Shown here: positions 58,386-64,000 of the stretch, piece after piece
How positions within the stretch are numbered: position 1 is the stretch's first letter
How the letters are laid out: each line of letters starts with the position of its first letter
Notes under the pieces: generated by a model
The model's database searches: none
What the model saw: the letters and a program-made list of their open reading frames with translations, nothing else
What the model was told of the DNA's origin: nothing
Made by a program: the position numbers and the translations under genes
Origin: Candidatus Campbellbacteria bacterium
GTDB lineage: Bacteria > Patescibacteriota > Minisyncoccia > Phycocordibacterales > EsbW-18
DNA length: 64,000 bases
Reading direction: 5' to 3'
Assembly: GCA_016699465.1 (NCBI GenBank)
Contig: CP064977.1
Coordinates: forward strand, 74,096-138,095

Positions 58386-58644
58386 GGTTCAGGCAACGTC
58401 TGGCGAAATCGAGGGTTCGAACCCCTCGGGAGAAACCTCGGAGTGAGTAAATTTGTTTCTCTGGGCGTACTGATAGCTATCCCAAGATGCGTAGAATAGG
58501 TGGGAGACTGCGACATTCGATCTCCGGGTCGAATTGAGTCGATGTGAAATACCACCCAATCTGGGAGACAGAGCGTTCCTCCGAACGCTGCTATCAGTTG
58601 CTTGAACCACTCGGGTCCACGATTACGCATCGCGGACCTTTTTT
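58386..58644 (+). ncRNA. unclassified structured ncRNA of about 260 nt (promoter to intrinsic terminator)
   Basis: No ORF. 12-bp P1 helix pairs the 5' and 3' ends (GGUUCAGGCAAC at 58386 with GUUGCUUGAACC at 58597). Adjacent 8-bp P2 helix (CUGAUAGC with GCUAUCAG). T-loop-like hairpin GAGGGUUCGAACCCCUC. Terminator ggtccacgat-tacgc-atcgcggacc+TTTTTT at 58614-58644. Confidence 0.55.
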
Positions 58645-58984
58645 ATACATGCAACAAACAGTCACATGGTTTTTCTTTGAGAATTATCCTCTGTTCTTTG
58701 ATAGTGTTGATGAACACTTTTTGACTACCAGAACCAGTTGCTAATCGTTTATCAAGTGGTGTGTGGTGTTGGTATCCTCGGCGAGAGAATTCTTTTACCA
58801 ACGCTTCATGGCGTGTGTAGAGCGCCTTTTTCTTTCCTACCCAACGCAGTGTTTCTGGATGATGTGCGTACCCACCCTTCCCTTTGTGTTTTGTGAGAAT
58901 GTTCCATAGACCATGAAGCTCGCGATGTTCGGCGAGCAAATGTTTTCTGCATAAATGTTGTGGATGTATGTCCCAAACGCGCAT
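58643..58984 (-). CDS. pyrimidine-dimer DNA glycosylase (T4 endonuclease V / DenV family)
   Basis: N-terminus MRVWDIHPQHLCRKHLLAEHRELHGLW parallels T4 DenV MTRINLxxxxELxDQHLLAEHRELPRIF. Confidence 0.75.
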   Translation of the reverse strand: MRVWDIHPQHLCRKHLLAEHRELHGLWNILTKHKGKGGYAHHPETLRWVGKKKALYTRHEALVKEFSRRGYQHHTPLDKRLATGSGSQKVFINTIKEQRIILKEKPCDCLLHV

Positions 58985-59001
58985 GCGATTCTGCAGAATC
59001 G

Positions 59002-59030
59002 CGCCACGTACTGTTGATTGTTACGTGGCG
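59002..59030 (-). promoter_or_regulatory. conserved palindromic element CGCCACGTA-N11-TACGTGGCG upstream of the denV-like gene
   Basis: 9-bp inverted repeat; related copies at 59961-59989 and a half-site at 59047-59060. Confidence 0.45.
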
Positions 59031-59088
59031 TAATTCCAAAATTAAAGTTGGTAAAGCGTGTTACGCGGCGAAATCGTATTTTTGTATT

Positions 59089-59541
59089 TTATAACCTTTG
59101 TACGATATACCAAACAAGAAGAGCGAGTCCTCCCCACCAGCCGATGTCGGAAAGTATCAAACCAACAATAATTTTATTTTGAAGAGATGTTGGTAAGAGT
59201 TCTGTCTGCCGTCCTTCGCGTTCGCGTGCGAGTAAAAACGGGCTGACGTAAAACGATAGAAAAATACCGTTCACTATGAGCACGCACGCAATAAGTGCAT
59301 GGTAGAGAGGAATACCAGTAAATGACTCATTTCGATAGAAAATAACTCCTCCTATGATTGCGAGGGTGATACCAAGCCAAATAAGAGGTTTGGTGACTTT
59401 GTGTGTGCGTGTGGTAGCCTCTGTCCAATATGACGATTTTCTTCCTAAAAACCCATGAATATCAATAACGGTAACTGCCCCCAGCCCCACGATGAAGCCC
59501 GAAATAAAGATAAATAATCCAATAGCATCCAACATAATCAA
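59089..59541 (-). CDS. hypothetical membrane protein
   Basis: 150 aa, four TM helices. Confidence 0.5.
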   Translation of the reverse strand: MIMLDAIGLFIFISGFIVGLGAVTVIDIHGFLGRKSSYWTEATTRTHKVTKPLIWLGITLAIIGGVIFYRNESFTGIPLYHALIACVLIVNGIFLSFYVSPFLLAREREGRQTELLPTSLQNKIIVGLILSDIGWWGGLALLVWYIVQRL

Positions 59542-59544
59542 AAA

Positions 59545-59943
59545 TTATTTAAGTGCAGTAAGTATGAAGTATGCAATAACGCTTGTGAGTGCAGTAACTA
59601 GTACTCCCCACCCCATATCAATGAGTGTCATAGACGTAGGCCATCCAGCAATAGTTGCATGATTGGTGAGATCGTATGCACCGTATGCGACGAGTCCCAA
59701 GAGTGCCCCTCGCCAGAGTGCTTCAATCCAGGATGCAGATGAAATAGCCGGCATAACTGCGAGTAGGAGTACACCAAGTGCATAGAGAGGATAAAAGAAC
59801 GCGACCGGAATGAGGTTGATTGATTTGCTAAAAAGAAATCCCATGTGTTCTGCATAAAACTTTTTTGCCAACACAAGAATCCAGAGTGCATCAAGTGCAG
59901 TGAGTGGTAACAGTGTTGCAAGATAGGCTAGGAGTGTTTGCAT
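59545..59943 (-). CDS. membrane protein (DUF2177-like)
   Basis: Start moved to MQTLL (59943) because the longer start would overlap the conserved palindromic element. Confidence 0.5.
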   Translation of the reverse strand: MQTLLAYLATLLPLTALDALWILVLAKKFYAEHMGFLFSKSINLIPVAFFYPLYALGVLLLAVMPAISSASWIEALWRGALLGLVAYGAYDLTNHATIAGWPTSMTLIDMGWGVLVTALTSVIAYFILTALK

Positions 59944-59979
59944 ACGATTTAGTGAAATCGCGCCGTGTATCATCAATTG

Positions 59980-60393
59980 TTACGCGGCGGAATTTAGGTA
60001 CGTTATGGTTAGTTGTAATGTTGTCGCGAAAGAAACCCAGAGAAGATATGGAATATTCGCGTACACAATCCAGCGTAAATCTGCTGAAGCGTGCCAGAGT
60101 GACCATAGTGCCCAAATCAATGTTGCGAGCACAAGCAGCACGTCCACTGCCGCGAGAAGGTTGTTCCTTAGACCAAACTGGAGTGGTGTAAATGCAAAAT
60201 TAAAAACAAGATTGAGTGCGAATGGTAGCGCAATCATCCAAGGAAGTTGTTTAGTGAATGCTTTGTAGAATACGGTACTGAACGTAACTGCAATAATTGC
60301 GTACAAAAAAGTCCACGCTGGGCCAAAGAGCCAACTCGGTGGCGCCCATGATGGTTTGATTAACGTTGAGTACCAGGTGTAGGTTGGATTCAT
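59980..60393 (-). CDS. tspO: TspO/MBR tryptophan-rich sensory protein
   Basis: IKPSWAPPSWLFGPAWTFLY N-terminal signature, five TM helices. Confidence 0.8.
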   Translation of the reverse strand: MNPTYTWYSTLIKPSWAPPSWLFGPAWTFLYAIIAVTFSTVFYKAFTKQLPWMIALPFALNLVFNFAFTPLQFGLRNNLLAAVDVLLVLATLIWALWSLWHASADLRWIVYANIPYLLWVSFATTLQLTITYLNSAA

Positions 60394-60549
60394 ATGTGAT
60401 TGAGTACAATCATGCCGTGAGGCCGATGTAACAAAATTAGATTATTACGTGACCTCATTCTAGCACTTTTTGTAAGAAAAGTTTTTAATTTCAAAAATGT
60501 AAAGAGCCCCAGCAACTGTGCTGGGACTCGGATGTCCGAATGCGTCGGA
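60394..60549. repeat. 156-bp terminator+promoter+5'UTR module, copy A (upstream of tspO)
   Basis: About 95% identical to 63315-63465; contains hairpin cccagca-actg-tgctggg, extended -10 TGcTAGAAT (minus strand) and GTAACA-N9-TGTTAC palindrome. Confidence 0.85.
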
Positions 60550-60562
60550 CGCGCGTACAGGG

Positions 60563-61330
60563 TTACGGAGTGGTCGCCGGGGGTCGCGCCGTGAGGCGGA
60601 CCTCCAGGGTGGTGGCGCCGTCAGCCCCCACACCGCTCTCGATGGTACTCGCCACGAGGGCAGTGTCCCACTCCACGCTCCCGTTTCGGATGGTCCAGAG
60701 AAACAGCGGGTGCGCGGAGGGTGTCAGAGGTGGGGTGATCGTCGGAGCCGGAGAAACCGTTCCGGGAGCGGGCGACACCAGAGGCGTCACGCGCGGTGCC
60801 GGTGCGGGAGCGGGCGGTGAAGTCCTCCGCCGGCCACCCGAGAGTGCCCCGAGGTAGGTGATTCCAGCGACGAGCGCTGCGGCCAGAAGCAGTAGCAGCA
60901 GGGCGAGGATGATCTTGCCCTTGGTCGTGATGAACGACCAGAGGCTGTCACCGAAGCTTGCTGCCGGAAGCGCCTTTGCGATCGGCGGTGCCGGCTGCGT
61001 CGGAGCGATGACGGTCACCTTGATCGGCAGCGCCTCGATCCGGTTCCCACAACTCGCTTTGTAGCGAGGGGTCCCGTCGCGATCGACGAGGACCACGTCG
61101 CCCGGCTCGAGCCGAGCGAACTTGTAGCTCGACGGGCCGACGCGGTTGAGGACCTCCAAGGGCTCCCTCAGGATCTTGGCGGAGAGGCCCAGGTGGGCCT
61201 GCTCGGCGGCCGTCAATGGGTGGTTGAAGGTCGGGTAGGTGGACTCGTCGATGAACGTGGGCGTGTCCGCCCACGAGGCGCCGACGATGGTCAGCAGACA
61301 GAGGGCGAACAACAACGCGATTCTCTTCAT
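60563..61330 (-). CDS. GC-rich secreted Pro-rich protein with C-terminal TM segment
   Basis: Signal peptide, Pro/Ala/Thr-rich low-complexity tail, GC about 66%. Confidence 0.55.
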   Translation of the reverse strand: MKRIALLFALCLLTIVGASWADTPTFIDESTYPTFNHPLTAAEQAHLGLSAKILREPLEVLNRVGPSSYKFARLEPGDVVLVDRDGTPRYKASCGNRIEALPIKVTVIAPTQPAPPIAKALPAASFGDSLWSFITTKGKIILALLLLLLAAALVAGITYLGALSGGRRRTSPPAPAPAPRVTPLVSPAPGTVSPAPTITPPLTPSAHPLFLWTIRNGSVEWDTALVASTIESGVGADGATTLEVRLTARPPATTP

Positions 61331-61427
61331 TTCTCGATCTCCTTGTGGAGCGGGTTGTCTGAGACACCGGACAGGAACAATTCCTGTCTATGTTCTGTTG
61401 ACTATTATAGCAAACTTAAAACATTTG

Positions 61428-61877
61428 TCAAGTACTATTTTTCAACCCTTTTCTGATTTCCATCCAGAGTCGCCCAATGTGATTTAAACCCTTCCCATCT
61501 TCCCCATCATCCCAAAAACCATCTCCAGGTGGATAGGTAACGATGTGCTTCACAATCTGTAGTTCTCCAGAGTCAAGAAGTGCCTGCCGTATTTCTTCGT
61601 GTTGCTCCGCTTTCAAGCGCATGAGCTTCTCCATGATGTGGAGCTTATGTTCTTCACTTTTAAATTCTGGAATTTGAAGATGTTTATACTTTGACGATAC
61701 TTGCCATGCTTGTACTGGACTGTGCGCTGTACGAATTTCTTCAATGATCTGTGAGTCCGTGTATCGCATACATTGGTATGCGTGTTCAAGTGTTGGATAA
61801 ACCACACCCTCAATCTCAAGTGCGTGAGCAGTGTATGGAGAGAAGTATATGTAGAATTTTTCTAGTGGGTATTTCAT
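61428..61877 (-). CDS. NADAR/YbiA-family (DUF1768) protein
   Basis: FYxxxxxxS...YPTxEHAYQ pattern characteristic of the NADAR domain. Confidence 0.7.
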   Translation of the reverse strand: MKYPLEKFYIYFSPYTAHALEIEGVVYPTLEHAYQCMRYTDSQIIEEIRTAHSPVQAWQVSSKYKHLQIPEFKSEEHKLHIMEKLMRLKAEQHEEIRQALLDSGELQIVKHIVTYPPGDGFWDDGEDGKGLNHIGRLWMEIRKGLKNST

Positions 61878-61895
61878 CGGGGTTGTAGTTTCTTT

Positions 61896-62654
61896 TTATT
61901 TTTCAGCACGGACAACAAGAAAAAGATCTCGCGTAACACTTTTCTCTTTCAACGTCTCATATTTTTGAAGCTCATCAGCGCCCATGTTTCTTCTGTGGTC
62001 CTCAGAGAGTTCAACAACTTTTGGAACGTGATACGAAATATTTTTGAAATGAGCATGTTCTACACTTTCAATAATGGATTCTTCATTCGGGTGGTTGTAG
62101 TAGACAATCTTGATGTTTCCTAGCATCGCCGTGTGTTTCGTGAGTGTTACTCCACGCGTGTTTGTTACAGGATCACCTGCAGACTCTTTCGTACCCCAGT
62201 ATGCCGGGTGGTGGGTTGAAAACACAAGCATTCCCTGTGGTTTTAGGACGGTGTGAATACCTGCAAGGAGTACATCCCAATCAGATGCGTAGTGAAATGC
62301 GAGGCTTGAATATACAACATTAAAAGATTCTTTCTCAAACGAGGTGCCAATATCAATCATGTCCAATATGAAAAACTCTACTTGAGGAAATTTTGCACGA
62401 GCGGATGCAAGTAACTGCTCCGAGATATCAATACCCACAATCTTTGCCGCTCCCCTTTTCTGTATTTCGTCTATTTCCTCCCCACTTCCAACACCAATAC
62501 ACAGCACCGACATGCCCGAGAGATCTGCTGGAAGGAGTGCTTCCATGGCAGGTTTTTCCATGTATTTATGTGCGACGTTTGTTTTGAGTGCATCTTCCCA
62601 CTCAAGCGCGTGTTCGTCGTACTGACCTGCGTTGTGTTGTGTGTCTTTATTCAC
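61896..62654 (-). CDS. class I SAM-dependent methyltransferase
   Basis: Motif I VLCIGVGSGEE and downstream acidic motif II. Confidence 0.75.
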   Translation of the reverse strand: MNKDTQHNAGQYDEHALEWEDALKTNVAHKYMEKPAMEALLPADLSGMSVLCIGVGSGEEIDEIQKRGAAKIVGIDISEQLLASARAKFPQVEFFILDMIDIGTSFEKESFNVVYSSLAFHYASDWDVLLAGIHTVLKPQGMLVFSTHHPAYWGTKESAGDPVTNTRGVTLTKHTAMLGNIKIVYYNHPNEESIIESVEHAHFKNISYHVPKVVELSEDHRRNMGADELQKYETLKEKSVTRDLFLVVRAEK

Positions 62655-62660
62655 CTGATT

Positions 62661-63314
62661 TTAGTTAAACCTTTTCCATATTCCCTGGGTAACAACTTCT
62701 ACGTTGTCGCCAACAACTTGCACCGCTGACTGATCATCAAGCGCATACAGAGGTACATCAACACCTTGTGCTACCTCGTCTATCAATTCAGATGCTCTTG
62801 GAAAGTAAGGAGAGTTCATATGTGGCACCACAAGAAAATCAACGAACCCAAGACCTTCATTACTTGCACCATCAAGAATAGGTTCATTGTAGAGTCGTTG
62901 CATTTCTTTCTCTAGTAGATTCGGAGAAGTAACCATGCTACCGGCACTGATACCTACATATACACGGCTCTTTAATAATTCAGGTAGAGCTTCAATTAAG
63001 CCAGATTTTTTTATTTGAGCCATCAAGTACGAGGTATTACCTCCACCAAACAACAACACGTCGGCGTGTTGCAATCGTGGAAGCCAGACTTCTTTTGACA
63101 CGGCTGCGATATCTACAATATCAACTTCCTTAAAACCAAGTTCTGTGCATTTTGCCAAGTCACTGATGAGCCACTCTTTATCTCCTTCTTCAACATTTGC
63201 AGCGGTTGGTATAAAGGCCAGTGTTGCGTCAATAAAATCTTTCCCGACGAGTTTACGTAGAGTGTCAATAATCGTTTTGTTTGTAAATCCACCTGAAGTT
63301 AGTAAGAGTTTCAT
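62661..63314 (-). CDS. S51-family peptidase (dipeptidase E-like)
   Basis: MKLLLTSGGF start, GGGNT and SAGS catalytic-region motifs; track start 63434 lies in the repeated leader. Confidence 0.75.
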   Translation of the reverse strand: MKLLLTSGGFTNKTIIDTLRKLVGKDFIDATLAFIPTAANVEEGDKEWLISDLAKCTELGFKEVDIVDIAAVSKEVWLPRLQHADVLLFGGGNTSYLMAQIKKSGLIEALPELLKSRVYVGISAGSMVTSPNLLEKEMQRLYNEPILDGASNEGLGFVDFLVVPHMNSPYFPRASELIDEVAQGVDVPLYALDDQSAVQVVGDNVEVVTQGIWKRFN

Positions 63315-63465
63315 GTGATTGAGCACAATCATGCCGTGAGGCCGATGTAACAAAATTAGATTGTTACGTGACCTCATTCTAGCACTTTTTGTAGGAAAAG
63401 TTTTTAATTTCAAAAATGTAAAGAGCCCCAGCAACTGTGCTGAGGTTTTGGTGTCCGAATGCGTC
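63315..63465. repeat. 156-bp terminator+promoter+5'UTR module, copy B (upstream of the S51 peptidase gene)
   Basis: See copy A. Confidence 0.85.
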
Positions 63466-63585
63466 AGAAGTAGGTTTTTAATAGAAAAAAGTGTGACCTC
63501 AAGAATTTTTTATCATTTTTGACAAAAGTATATATTCAAAGTATATTTATAAAAGAACCGTTCTTGTCAACAAAGGAGAAATCAT

Positions 63586-63930
63586 ATGGATTCAACCACA
63601 AGGGGCCTTATAAGACAAGTTGGAAACCACCATGGCCTTGATTCCAATCAGATGGAGAATCTCCTCAGGGCTATGGGGGAACACTTCGCCGATGTTGAGT
63701 TTTATATGCACCTCGAGGAAGAAGAACGTCTCTTCCCTCCCACGGAAGAGGAATTGGCAGCAGAAAGATTTGATTTCCTTTCTCAAGATGATTCTTTCGA
63801 AGAGGAATCGTGTACTCCCACGCTCGATAAGATCATCGAGCGTGGGATGGAGCAAACCAATCCGCTCTTCGAGGCACTGTCCGAGTGCCTTATGCGTTTT
63901 GCTCGGGTCGCAGCCTCTAAGGAGGCGTAG
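63586..63930 (+). CDS. hypothetical acidic protein
   Basis: AAAGGAGA SD 7 nt before ATG; 114 aa. Confidence 0.5.
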   Translation: MDSTTRGLIRQVGNHHGLDSNQMENLLRAMGEHFADVEFYMHLEEEERLFPPTEEELAAERFDFLSQDDSFEEESCTPTLDKIIERGMEQTNPLFEALSECLMRFARVAASKEA

Positions 63931-64000
63931 CAATTCATTCCCGCTCGTGTTGTAACGTTTCGGCCAGCCGTCTCTGATGGCTGGCCGTTTCACTTTATAT

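Noticed and set aside
58386-58644. Calling the structured ncRNA RNase P RNA or tmRNA
   Set aside because: The P4 GGAAAGUCC element and the 3' ACAGAANCCGGCUUA element are absent, and it is about 100 nt shorter than the smallest bacterial RNase P RNAs. There is no G3:U70 acceptor pair, tag reading frame or CCA-proximal T-arm expected for tmRNA. It is therefore left unclassified.
1-64000. CRISPR arrays, rRNA genes, transposase/IS elements
   Set aside because: No regularly spaced short repeats, no 16S/23S/5S signatures and no transposase-like ORFs were seen. The repeats found are the recR-associated cassette repeats, the aspS-associated 236-bp pair and the 156-bp leader pair.

Overview
This 64-kb window is from a low-GC (about 40-45%) bacterium with short intergenic spacers. 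It carries mainly housekeeping genes. Several proteins are in reduced forms, so it is possibly a small-genome, CPR/Patescibacteria-like organism (inference). No rRNA and no CRISPR array are present.

Features identified:
- Housekeeping CDSs: lepB, pth, rpsA, pyk, uvrA, uvrC, ddl, nadK, rplU, recR, dnaB, cysS, corA, ctpA, rplI, rpmA, gltX, murG, ftsW, mraY, dacA-like, scpAB, aspS, trpS, glyQS.
- Four tRNAs: Asn-GTT, Ala-TGC with the G3:U70 identity pair, Pro-CGG, and His-GTG with an encoded G-1.
- Many intrinsic terminators.

Main findings:
- **Cassette array (25.2-30.3 kb).** Between recR/tRNA-His and dnaB lies a ~5-kb GC-rich (about 58-62%) array of at least four small gene cassettes. Each cassette is bounded by a ~190-bp direct repeat. 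The repeat consists of a terminator hairpin with compensatory base changes between copies, a degenerate copy of the recR 5' coding end, and a TTGACA -35 box. Each cassette then supplies its own -10 box. Cassette 2 also carries a DEDDh 3'-5' exonuclease and a hammerhead-ribozyme-like motif.
- **Second 5'-end-duplication event (48.3-52.6 kb).** A perfect 236-bp direct repeat duplicates the aspS 5' end. It flanks a 3.8-kb insert carrying a GC-rich membrane protein, an ABC exporter and a DoxX protein.
- **Unclassified ncRNA candidate (58.39-58.65 kb).** A promoter- and terminator-defined ~260-nt structured RNA is present at this position.
- **GC-rich element (57.5-57.8 kb).** A 303-bp ORF-free GC-rich element is bounded by a 14-bp inverted repeat.
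- **Other observations.** There are att-like tRNA fragment duplications next to tRNA-Pro and tRNA-Asn. A NUDIX gene is frameshifted in an A8 tract. A 156-bp promoter/5'UTR module is duplicated in front of two genes. Several single-gene GC-rich islets suggest transfer from a high-GC donor.
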